The notes under the pieces: generated by a model
Told to the model about the DNA's origin: nothing
Databases searched by the model: none
Seen by the model: the letters and a program-made list of their open reading frames with translations, nothing else
Shown here: positions 1-8,310 of the stretch, one piece after another
How positions within the stretch are numbered: position 1 is the stretch's first letter
How the letters are laid out: each line of letters begins with the position of its first letter
Program-made: the position numbers and the translations under genes
NCBI GenBank assembly: GCA_943788005.1
Contig: CALSOP010000002.1
Span: forward strand, 989,389-1,053,388
Direction of reading: 5' to 3'
DNA length: 64,000 nt
Source of the DNA: an uncultured Gammaproteobacteria bacterium
GTDB taxonomy: Bacteria; Pseudomonadota; Gammaproteobacteria; Eutrophobiales; Eutrophobiaceae

Positions 1-369
1 GCACAGATGTTTCTACAGCGGTTGAATGAATCAGGCTACTCTGTAGTAATGGTGACCAATGCACACGAAGACCTTATCAAGATGAAGATTGAAAAAACCA
101 GCATTGATGTTTTCTTTGATCGCATTATAAGTGCTCATACTATTGGCCATGCAAAAGAGGAGCAGTCTTTTTGGGAGAAATTACAATTAGAGGTGCCATT
201 TAACTGTGATGAAACACTATTGATTGATGACAATTTAACGGTACTAAGGGCAGCTAGAGAATTCGGCATTAAAAATTTATTCACCATCGCAAAACCAGAT
301 AGCCAAAACCCTGAACAGGAAACAGCAGAGTTTGAGGTAATTCATTCCTTTCAGGATATTGTCTTTTAA
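1..369 (+). CDS. HAD-superfamily hydrolase, C-terminal part (5' end outside window; YrfG-like nucleotidase subgroup)
   Basis: Reading frame is open to the window edge. HAD C-terminal motif region is present (LLIDDNLTVLRAAREFGI). Converges on and overlaps the trmB stop. Confidence 0.55.
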   Translation, partial: AQMFLQRLNESGYSVVMVTNAHEDLIKMKIEKTSIDVFFDRIISAHTIGHAKEEQSFWEKLQLEVPFNCDETLLIDDNLTVLRAAREFGIKNLFTIAKPDSQNPEQETAEFEVIHSFQDIVF

Positions 370-1067
370 CGTTTTAGATTAAACCCGTAACAAAAGTCCC
401 AGACATTATGCTTAAGTCTCAAGCCCCGAGCCTCATAACGCGTTCTAATACGCCAGTTTGGTCTTGGCGAAGAAAATAATTTGTTACCCGATAAATTAAT
501 AAGCGTAGGATCCGAATGGCATAGCTTCTGAATGTGTTTAGCGTAATCTTGCCAATCTGTTGCTATATGCAAACGCCCATGTATTGCAATTTTCCGCTTT
601 ATCAATTCGATCAACTGTTTATTAATAAGCCTTCGTTTCTGATGTTTCGTCTTGGGCCATGGGTCCGCAAAGAAAATAAATATCTGGCTTATAGAGCGAT
701 CCGGGATCTGGTTTTGTAGCACATCGATGACGTCATTATTGCTAATTTTAATATTTGTTAAGTTATTCGACTCAATATTATTTAATAGTTGGCCAACACC
801 TGGTCGGTGAACCTCGATAGCAAGATAGTTGTTTTCCGGATGTTTTTGAGCATGATTAAGTGTTGAGTCACCAGTGCCAACACCTATATCCAGGATGAGC
901 GGAGCGCGACGTTTATACAAGGATTGAAGATCGAGAGTATCGGCGTTGAAGTTAACGCCATGCTTTTCCCAATAGATATCCAGCGCATATTGTTGCGCGT
1001 TAGTTAACCTGCCTTCACGTTTAACATAACTGCGGATGGTTTTTTGTTTTGTTGGCTCTTCTTTCAA
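366..1067 (-). CDS. trmB: tRNA (guanine46-N7)-methyltransferase TrmB
   Basis: 233 aa. SAM-binding LDIGVGTGDS and the FFADPWPKTKHQKRR motif are characteristic of TrmB. Sits next to thiG as in many gammaproteobacteria. Confidence 0.85.
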   Translation of the reverse strand: MKEEPTKQKTIRSYVKREGRLTNAQQYALDIYWEKHGVNFNADTLDLQSLYKRRAPLILDIGVGTGDSTLNHAQKHPENNYLAIEVHRPGVGQLLNNIESNNLTNIKISNNDVIDVLQNQIPDRSISQIFIFFADPWPKTKHQKRRLINKQLIELIKRKIAIHGRLHIATDWQDYAKHIQKLCHSDPTLINLSGNKLFSSPRPNWRIRTRYEARGLRLKHNVWDFCYGFNLKR

Positions 1068-1113
1068 GGAGAAATCAGCAGTGCTGCGAAGAATACTATT
1101 CTATATAAATAAA

Positions 1114-1899
1114 TTAAAAAAAGTGCCCATCGACTGGTGATGAAGCACTGGCATAAGCGCGTCTTGGCATTCTTCCCGCTAAATAAGCTTCGCGACCAGC
1201 TTCAATGGCTTTTTTCATTGCGCTTGCCATTAATATCGGGTTCTTTGCTTCAGCAATAGCTGTATTCATTAAAACTCCATCACAGCCCAATTCCATGGCA
1301 ATAGCAGCATCTGAAGCGGTGCCGACACCAGCGTCTACCAGAATAGGGACATTGGCATTCTCAACAATTGTGCGAATGTTATATGGATTGCGAATGCCTA
1401 ATCCGGAACCGATCGGCGCCGCTAGTGGCATTACAGCCACACAGCCCATTTCTTCAAATCTTTTAGCCATTATCGGATCGTCAGACGTATAGACCATCAC
1501 CTTGAAGTTATCATCAATAAGCTGCTTTGCTGCTTCAAGAGTTTGCGGTACATCTGGGAATAATGTTTTTTCATCTCCAAGGACTTCGAGTTTTACTAAA
1601 TCATGTCCATCTAATAGTTCTCTAGCTAGTCGGCAAGTTCTAACGGCCGATTCGACATCGTAACAGCCGGCGGTGTTAGGCAAGATGGTATATTTGTCAG
1701 GTGAAATAATATCCAAGAGGTTTGGTTCATCTTTATTTTGTCCAATATTGGACCTGCGAATAGCAACGGTTACAATTTGTGCTCCGCTGGTCTCGATTGC
1801 ACTCTTTGTCTCATCCAGATCTTTATATTTGCCTGTTCCAACTAATAATCTGGAATAATAATCAGTGCCCGCAATTGAGATTGTGTCTGTGCTAGTCAT
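1114..1899 (-). CDS. thiG: thiazole synthase ThiG
   Basis: 261 aa with full-length resemblance to ThiG ([31 protein letters not shown]). Lies directly downstream of thiS. Confidence 0.9.
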   Translation of the reverse strand: MTSTDTISIAGTDYYSRLLVGTGKYKDLDETKSAIETSGAQIVTVAIRRSNIGQNKDEPNLLDIISPDKYTILPNTAGCYDVESAVRTCRLARELLDGHDLVKLEVLGDEKTLFPDVPQTLEAAKQLIDDNFKVMVYTSDDPIMAKRFEEMGCVAVMPLAAPIGSGLGIRNPYNIRTIVENANVPILVDAGVGTASDAAIAMELGCDGVLMNTAIAEAKNPILMASAMKKAIEAGREAYLAGRMPRRAYASASSPVDGHFF

Positions 1900-1905
1900 T
1901 TATAT

Positions 1906-2103
1906 TTATCCACCACCAATGGCTTGAACTATTTCAATATTATCGTTTGGATGAATTGGTGTATGTGAGTATTCGCTTCTGGGGATGATGTGTTGGTTTA
2001 TTTCGATTGCGAATTTACCTTCCAGATTTAGAGCTGATACTAATTTTGCTAAGGTAATATTTTGCTCTATCGTGCAAGGGTCACCATTGAGAGTAACTTC
2101 CAT
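1906..2103 (-). CDS. thiS: sulfur carrier protein ThiS
   Basis: 65 aa, ubiquitin-like size, C-terminal ...AIGGG. Lies 6 nt upstream of thiG. Confidence 0.8.
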   Translation of the reverse strand: MEVTLNGDPCTIEQNITLAKLVSALNLEGKFAIEINQHIIPRSEYSHTPIHPNDNIEIVQAIGGG

Positions 2104-2142
2104 ATAATGTGATGTTATTAATCAGAAGAGTACATTAAGAAC

Positions 2143-3057
2143 TTACGAATCGAGGTCGATCTCCAAACCTTCTCTAGCAACTTTACATACTAGAGATGCG
2201 CCTCGCTCTTTGATTATGTCCTTGCATTTTTCAAATATTTTCTCGATAGCATCATCATCATTATATGGGTCATGGTGGTAGAGATATAATTCCTTAACTT
2301 CTGCGTCAATGGCATAATTAACTACATCGACATAGCACGAGTGACCCCAGCCGCGTTTGGTCTCATAATCTTCAGGCGTATATTGTGCGTCGTGAATCAG
2401 GATGTCTGCGCCGTGTATTGTTTTTAACTCGTATTCGTATTCTTCTCGATTCATATCCACGAACATTTTCTGTTCTTCTTCGCTGAACTCAGTCATTTTT
2501 TGCTTGATTGATTTATCGAGAAACTGGCATTCATTATCAGAGACATAAATAATGGTCTTATTACCGGCTTTTATTTTATAACCATAGGTAACGCCAGGAT
2601 GGTGAACGCTGTAATAGCTTATATCGATCGGGCCAGTGCTTAATTTTGTTTCCCGTGGATTAATATAGTTAATTTTGGCCATCCAGGTTTCGGTACCCAC
2701 CGGGAAGTAGGGCGCTTGCATTTGGGAATCAAGCTTTTGTTTCATTTCCTGTATTGATTCACCTGGGCCGAAAAAATTTATATTCCAGTCAGGTATAAAA
2801 GCAGGCACAAAGAATGGCAGGCCGCAAATATGATCCCAGTGATAATGTGTTAAAACAATTAATAACTCTTTGTTCTTGGCTTCTTTTGCGAGCCGGTCGC
2901 CGAGTGGGATTATACCAGTACCCGCATCACAGATAAGTACATGACCATCTACATTTACCTCAACACACGATGTGTTGCCCCCAACTTTTAAATGCGTTGG
3001 AAAGGGTGCAGCATACGACCCTCGTACGCCCCAAAATCGGAGATAGGACTTTGCCAT
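2143..3057 (-). CDS. MBL-fold metallo-hydrolase (possible phosphodiesterase)
   Basis: 304 aa. HxHxDH metal motif THYHWDHICG and later His/Asp ligands. Only 13 nt downstream of a receiver-domain gene. Confidence 0.7.
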   Translation of the reverse strand: MAKSYLRFWGVRGSYAAPFPTHLKVGGNTSCVEVNVDGHVLICDAGTGIIPLGDRLAKEAKNKELLIVLTHYHWDHICGLPFFVPAFIPDWNINFFGPGESIQEMKQKLDSQMQAPYFPVGTETWMAKINYINPRETKLSTGPIDISYYSVHHPGVTYGYKIKAGNKTIIYVSDNECQFLDKSIKQKMTEFSEEEQKMFVDMNREEYEYELKTIHGADILIHDAQYTPEDYETKRGWGHSCYVDVVNYAIDAEVKELYLYHHDPYNDDDAIEKIFEKCKDIIKERGASLVCKVAREGLEIDLDS

Positions 3058-3070
3058 GCGTTATATTTTA

Positions 3071-3460
3071 CTAATTGTAAGGATTTTCTTTATTAATATA
3101 ATTGGTGATTATATCGGTAATTGCCCGCATTGGCATCGGTTTGATAATAAAATCTAACGCCCCGAGCTCATTAGCAACGGTTCTATCCTGTGCATAATCT
3201 TTTGAAGTAATCATTATTACAGCCGTATCACGGTGCAGCGGCAATTTCCTTAATTCTGATAAGAAAGTTAAGCCGTCCTTGTCAGGCATGATAATGTCGA
3301 GGAATAACAGGCTTGGTTTATTATCTGTAAGATACTCCATAGCCGCTTCAGCAGAGCCAAAACTGATTAAATCAAGAGCCAATTCTTCCATGCTACGGCC
3401 AAAAAGTGCCCGCACAGTAGCATTATCGTCTACTACTACTGTTTGTTTAGAATCACTCAT
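3071..3460 (-). CDS. stand-alone CheY-like response regulator (receiver domain only)
   Basis: 129 aa. Acidic pocket VVVDDN, phospho-acceptor Asp in FLDIIMPDKDG, conserved ITSK and IIKP. Confidence 0.8.
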   Translation of the reverse strand: MSDSKQTVVVDDNATVRALFGRSMEELALDLISFGSAEAAMEYLTDNKPSLLFLDIIMPDKDGLTFLSELRKLPLHRDTAVIMITSKDYAQDRTVANELGALDFIIKPMPMRAITDIITNYINKENPYN

Positions 3461-3790
3461 TTTAAGATTCAGCCTATATCCCTTTTTAATATTTTAGAAG
3501 TAAACTTATATAGTTATACTAACTCATTGATTTTTATTATTTACATCTGCTTTTCAGCTATTACAGCCTTTTTCGCTGATTATCTTATTCCCAGAATTAT
3601 CATTGGTTTAGCTCGTATTTTCAGTGTAAATAGTACACTAAAATACTGTTCGCGCCATACACTTTAATCGCTATCTAGTAAGCTGGCTTGGCAGAAGGAT
3701 AAGATCTGGGTTCATATCATGCCCGAAAACGGCAAATCGCAGCTTTAGCATTTATTATATTTAGATTTTCGTAATAATTTGGACCAAATA

Positions 3791-3864
3791 GCGGGTGTAG
3801 TTCAATGGTAGAACATCAGCTTCCCAAGCTGAATACGTGGGCTCGATTTCCATCACCCGCTCCA
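3791..3864 (+). tRNA. tRNA-Gly (anticodon CCC), with unusual T-arm
   Basis: Cloverleaf read by eye: acceptor GCGGGTG/CACCCGC, D-arm GTTC-AATGGTA-GAAC, anticodon arm TCAGC-TTCCCAA-GCTGA, T-arm GTGGG-CTCGATT-TCCAT, encoded CCA. Near-identical in layout to E. coli glyU from memory. Confidence 0.8.
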
Positions 3865-3875
3865 TAGGCAGTTCA

Positions 3876-5174
3876 CTAACTCCTGCTACTAGCCTGAGTC
3901 AGAATCGAAGTTGTATCTGCAAGGCGGCCAATTAAAGTTTTTACAAATATTTTTAAAAATCGAAGCTGTGTTTCTTCAGCGGCCCGATCTAAAGTTGACG
4001 CATTGACTTGTATTAATGAAACATCGCTTTTTGCAATCACAGATGCGGAACGTTTTGCCTTTGTTAAATATCCCATTTCACCAAAACAATTGCCTTCCTG
4101 AAGAGAATCGATTTGTTGACCATTTTTTTCAACAGTAACTACGCCTGACAAGATAATATAGAAAGAGTGATCTTCCTCCCCTTCCCGAATAATGTGACTA
4201 TTACTATCATATTTATGCCAATCGCAAGCGCGAATGAGTTCCCATATGTCGGCATCAGTGAAGCCATCGAAGAACCCCAGATTCTGTATAGATTCAAATT
4301 TTTCACGTAATGAATCCTGATTTTCAACATCATCGAGATCTTCATATATTAATGCTAAATCAGCGGCGAGATCTAAGCCCATGTTATAGCGTTTATCGGG
4401 ACTTTTTTTCAGCATACGCTTTAAGGCATATTCCAATCCTTCTGGTACGTCGTTGCGAAATTCACTTAATGGCGGTGTTTTCTCTGAGGTTATTTTTTTA
4501 CTGATTGCGCTAAGGTTATTCGCTTTAAACGGGTGATGACCGGTTAGCATCTCGTACATGATGATGCCCAATGAAAAAATATCGGTATTGGTCGATATTT
4601 GCCATTCATTGATTTGTTCAGGTGACATATAAAGTGGGGAACCTAAAAAGCCATGAAATTGAGTTTCAAGGAAATCTTCACGAATGATCATGGCAATACT
4701 AAAATCGGCGATTTTAATATCCAAGGTTGAAGTTTGCAGAATGTTTTCTGGTTTTATATCTCGGTGAATGATGCCTTGCCTGTGAGCATAGTCGAGTGCC
4801 TTGGCAACTTTGTAAATGATGCCGACCACTTCTCGGATAGGAAGCAATGTGTCAGGTTTACAGTAGCCTCCTAGTGTCTTGGCGTTATGTATATATTCCA
4901 TGACGAGATAACAATTATCTCCGTCTATATCAGCATCAAATATTTTTAATATGCTTGGGTGATTTAATACACCTGCAGCTTGTGCCTCATTAAAAAAGAG
5001 CTTTTTGAAGCGTTCGCCGGTCTCCTCTTCTTTTACATATTGAGAATGGGCAAGCTTTATCGCTACTTTTTTATCAGCAAAGGGATCGTGGGCTGAATAG
5101 ACTGAGCCCATACTGCCGCGGCCAACCTCTTCTATAATTCTATATTTCCCAATCTTTTCAGGGATTGCTGACAT
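3876..5174 (-). CDS. Hanks-type Ser/Thr protein kinase fused to a C-terminal cyclic-nucleotide-binding domain
   Basis: 432 aa. Kinase motifs: G-loop GRGSMGSVY, VAIK, catalytic HRDIKPENIL, DFS, SPEQ. C-terminal CNBD phosphate-binding cassette: FGEMGYL...RSASV. Confidence 0.8.
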   Translation of the reverse strand: MSAIPEKIGKYRIIEEVGRGSMGSVYSAHDPFADKKVAIKLAHSQYVKEEETGERFKKLFFNEAQAAGVLNHPSILKIFDADIDGDNCYLVMEYIHNAKTLGGYCKPDTLLPIREVVGIIYKVAKALDYAHRQGIIHRDIKPENILQTSTLDIKIADFSIAMIIREDFLETQFHGFLGSPLYMSPEQINEWQISTNTDIFSLGIIMYEMLTGHHPFKANNLSAISKKITSEKTPPLSEFRNDVPEGLEYALKRMLKKSPDKRYNMGLDLAADLALIYEDLDDVENQDSLREKFESIQNLGFFDGFTDADIWELIRACDWHKYDSNSHIIREGEEDHSFYIILSGVVTVEKNGQQIDSLQEGNCFGEMGYLTKAKRSASVIAKSDVSLIQVNASTLDRAAEETQLRFLKIFVKTLIGRLADTTSILTQASSRS

Positions 5175-5248
5175 GGTCGTTTCTTACCTTGTAACCAATA
5201 GATTCTTAATTAAAGCAGAGAGATAAGATGAAAGATAGTAACGGCTTT

Positions 5249-5839
5249 TTATATATCTTCCATCTTGAGCTTCAATAACATGAAATCTAGGTCATTAGCT
5301 AATAATCGGTCACGTGCTTGTTGTAATTTATTCGTGTTTTTATAAGGACCAATTCTAACGCGATGGCGCACATCCTGGCCATTAATGACCACGCGTTGAA
5401 TATCGGCAGTGACGCCCATCATTGCCAGTTTGGCCTTAATTTCATCAGCGGCACCAAATTGTTTGAAGGAGCCGACTTGTAGAACAAACATTACCGGCTG
5501 ATCATCTTTTTGTGTGCTTGTAGAATCTTCCTCGACTGATTCCCATTCTGAAATATTAACCTCTTTATTAGGCAATATTTTATAGAAATCAAATTGTGGT
5601 TCGGGAAGTTGAGCTATGTCCTCGTTTTTATTATCTGTGACACTTGCATCATCTATAACAGGTTCATTCACAAGCAAGGGGTTATTTTTTTCAATAGAAG
5701 CATTGTGCTCATGAAAGTAAACGATTACAGCAATAAATAAACCCAGACTTAGTCCAGTTAGAAATGAAAGTGCACCACTGAAACGTTGTGTAAGTGGGGC
5801 CGGTTTTTTCTGCTTAATATTTTTATAATCTCTTGGCAC
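5249..5839 (-). CDS. SPOR-domain protein (FtsN/DedD-like septal peptidoglycan binder)
   Basis: 196 aa. N-terminal TM segment, acidic linker, C-terminal SPOR-like FVLQVGSFKQFGAADEIKAKL...RVRIGPY. GTG start overlaps the argS stop. Confidence 0.7.
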   Translation of the reverse strand: MPRDYKNIKQKKPAPLTQRFSGALSFLTGLSLGLFIAVIVYFHEHNASIEKNNPLLVNEPVIDDASVTDNKNEDIAQLPEPQFDFYKILPNKEVNISEWESVEEDSTSTQKDDQPVMFVLQVGSFKQFGAADEIKAKLAMMGVTADIQRVVINGQDVRHRVRIGPYKNTNKLQQARDRLLANDLDFMLLKLKMEDI

Positions 5840-7608
5840 TACATTACCTCTGGTGCGTTCACGCCTAAAAGAGACAATCCATTTTGTATTACTTGTTTAG
5901 TAGCCTCTATCAAGGTGAGTCGTGCATTTCTGATCACATTATCATCAACTATAAATTGATTGGCGTTGTAGTAAGTATGAAAATCATTTGCCAGATCCTT
6001 AAGATAATAAGCCAACTGGTGTGGTTCGTATGTAATGGCTGCATTTTCTATCACATCGGGATATCTAGCAAGGGTCGCAAGCAACTTGATTTCGTGTGGC
6101 TCATTGAGGCTTGAAACGTTCTTCAAAGCTTCAGCTTGCTGATAATTAATACCCTTTTCTGGTAATTGTCTAAAAACACTACAGATTCGAGCATGAGCAT
6201 ATTGTATATAATAAACTGGATTGTCATTTGATTCCGATTTGGCCAGTTCGAGATCAAAATCAAGATGCTGTTCACTTTTTCGCATAATATAAAAAAAGCG
6301 AGCCGCGTCTTTGCCCACTTCACCTTGAAGTTGCTTAAGAGTGATAAATTCTCCTGAGCGAGTAGACATTTGTAGTTTTTCTTTACCACGATACAGTGTT
6401 GCAAATTGGACTAATAGTATCTCCAGCTTTTCAGGTGAGAGTTCAAGTGCCTCCATGGCTGCCTTTACTCTGGCAATATAACCGTGATGGTCAGCACCCC
6501 AAACATCAATGATCTTTTCAAAACCACGTTCTACCTTTGAGAGATGATAGGCGATATCAGATGCAAAATAGGTAGCTTGCCCATTCTCTCTGATTAATAC
6601 GCGATCTTTTTCATCACCAAGTTTGCAGGAACGAAACCATTGGGCGCCATCTTTTTCATAGACCCAATCATTTTCAATTAATTTTGCAATGCATTGATTG
6701 ACGGTGTTGTCTTCTACTAAGGAACGTTCTGAAAACCAGTGATTAAATTCAACGCCAAAATCGACAAGGTCATTTTTAATTGTGACGAGTATTGAGTCGA
6801 GGCCTGCGTCAAACACCATACGATAGTTTTTTTCGCCGAGATTATCTATGCAATATTTTATAAGGCCATCGATCTTTAATTCGGGTTCTTCTTCTTCAAA
6901 CAACGGCATGATGCTGTCAGTTGGAAGAACAAATTTATCAGTATGTTCTTCATGTAACTTTATAGCGATATCAATTATATAATCACCTTGATAAGCATTC
7001 TCCGGAAAAGGAATCTCTGTACCAATGTGTTGTAAATAGCGTAACCAGACACTAATAGCCAGTATATCCATCTGTCGGCCTGCATCGTTTATATAGTATT
7101 CACAACTGACATCAAACCCGGTTTTTTTAAGCAGACTAGCGACTGCAGCGCCATAGGCAGCACCACGTCCATGACCAATATGTAATGGCCCGGTTGGATT
7201 TGCTGAAACGAATTCAATTAAGGTCGGTGTGTTTGCTCCAACTTTAGAGTTACCGTATTGGTGACCGTTCTTTAAAATTTCAACTACAGTTGCTTGATGA
7301 GCATTTTGTTTTAGATAAAAGTTAATGAATCCCGGGCCTGCAATTTCAACTCGTTCTAAAACGTCAGACTCGGGAAGTTGGTCTATTATATTTTGTGCTA
7401 ACTGACGCGGATTAGTCTTGGCCGTTTTTGCTAAAGTCATTGCGATATTAGAAGCAAAATCACCATGCTCTGAGCCACGAGAATTTTCAATCTTAATTAC
7501 AAGATCATTACTTGCAGGTATTATTTCTTTTGACTCTAGTATCGCTAAAGATTGGAGGAGTAACTCTTGAATTTGCTTTTTCAATTTAGGCTGTCTCAAA
7601 AAAGTCAC
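5839..7608 (-). CDS. argS: arginine--tRNA ligase
   Basis: 589 aa. HIGH motif (PTGPLHIGHGR), MSTRSG (KMSKS-like), full-length class I ArgRS architecture. Confidence 0.95.
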   Translation of the reverse strand: MTFLRQPKLKKQIQELLLQSLAILESKEIIPASNDLVIKIENSRGSEHGDFASNIAMTLAKTAKTNPRQLAQNIIDQLPESDVLERVEIAGPGFINFYLKQNAHQATVVEILKNGHQYGNSKVGANTPTLIEFVSANPTGPLHIGHGRGAAYGAAVASLLKKTGFDVSCEYYINDAGRQMDILAISVWLRYLQHIGTEIPFPENAYQGDYIIDIAIKLHEEHTDKFVLPTDSIMPLFEEEEPELKIDGLIKYCIDNLGEKNYRMVFDAGLDSILVTIKNDLVDFGVEFNHWFSERSLVEDNTVNQCIAKLIENDWVYEKDGAQWFRSCKLGDEKDRVLIRENGQATYFASDIAYHLSKVERGFEKIIDVWGADHHGYIARVKAAMEALELSPEKLEILLVQFATLYRGKEKLQMSTRSGEFITLKQLQGEVGKDAARFFYIMRKSEQHLDFDLELAKSESNDNPVYYIQYAHARICSVFRQLPEKGINYQQAEALKNVSSLNEPHEIKLLATLARYPDVIENAAITYEPHQLAYYLKDLANDFHTYYNANQFIVDDNVIRNARLTLIEATKQVIQNGLSLLGVNAPEVM

Positions 7609-7653
7609 ACATTCTAGAGTGTTTAATGGCTTAGGAGAAGGTAGAGCAGGAGT

Positions 7654-8301
7654 TTATTTGACGACTGTCAACCCAAGACTCTCCCAGTTTTGCATGCCGC
7701 CGCGGTACCATTTAAGTTTATGAGGTGGATAGCCAAATCTCAGCAGAGTTTTAATATTAGAAGGCGATTGCCCACACCACTGGCCGTTACAGAACAGAAC
7801 GAGGGTCTTGGCATTGGAAAAATCCCACAGACCTTCAATACTAACCGCGCCAAATCTATTTTCTAATATGTCTGCGATTTGAAATGGGTCAGCGCCAGCC
7901 TCTTGTTTTAAAAGGATCCATGGGATGTTTATCGATCCCGGGATAGTGCCTTTCTCTACCCACCCTTCAGTGCGTGAATCAATAACCAAAATAGAATTGT
8001 CGCCATTTGAGCTGCGTACCAAATAATCCAGAATTTCTAATTCACCAATGGTTTCTACGCCCTCAGCAAGTTTTCCAGGCTGGATACAAAATGGCGGGCA
8101 TTTTCTGGATGTCTTCGCGTAATTTGGGTTGATGATGTTATCGGAAGATTGATGCCTTTGAATTCGGACGGCCTTACCTTTGTGTTTAACATCGACAAAA
8201 TCGATATCATTACTAATTTTTACGTCCAGTCCGGTTGACGAGAACACTGAACTCCACGTCAAAGAAGTCAGAATAAGAATAAACAAGTAATTATTTTTCA
8301 T
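7654..8301 (-). CDS. secreted rhodanese-like domain protein
   Basis: 215 aa. Signal peptide and a rhodanese active-site loop region FCNGQWCGQS. Confidence 0.65.
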   Translation of the reverse strand: MKNNYLFILILTSLTWSSVFSSTGLDVKISNDIDFVDVKHKGKAVRIQRHQSSDNIINPNYAKTSRKCPPFCIQPGKLAEGVETIGELEILDYLVRSSNGDNSILVIDSRTEGWVEKGTIPGSINIPWILLKQEAGADPFQIADILENRFGAVSIEGLWDFSNAKTLVLFCNGQWCGQSPSNIKTLLRFGYPPHKLKWYRGGMQNWESLGLTVVK

Positions 8302-8310
8302 AATGATTAG

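Noticed and set aside
2104-2142. Looked for a TPP riboswitch upstream of thiS-thiG
   Set aside because: Only 39 nt separate thiS from the preceding MBL gene, which is too short for a THI element, and no conserved CUGAGA core is seen.
3443-3667. 74-aa ORF in the AT-rich region between the response regulator gene and tRNA-Gly
   Set aside because: It has a hydrophobic low-complexity translation typical of AT-rich intergenic DNA, no Shine-Dalgarno sequence, and it overlaps the likely promoter region of the minus-strand operon.
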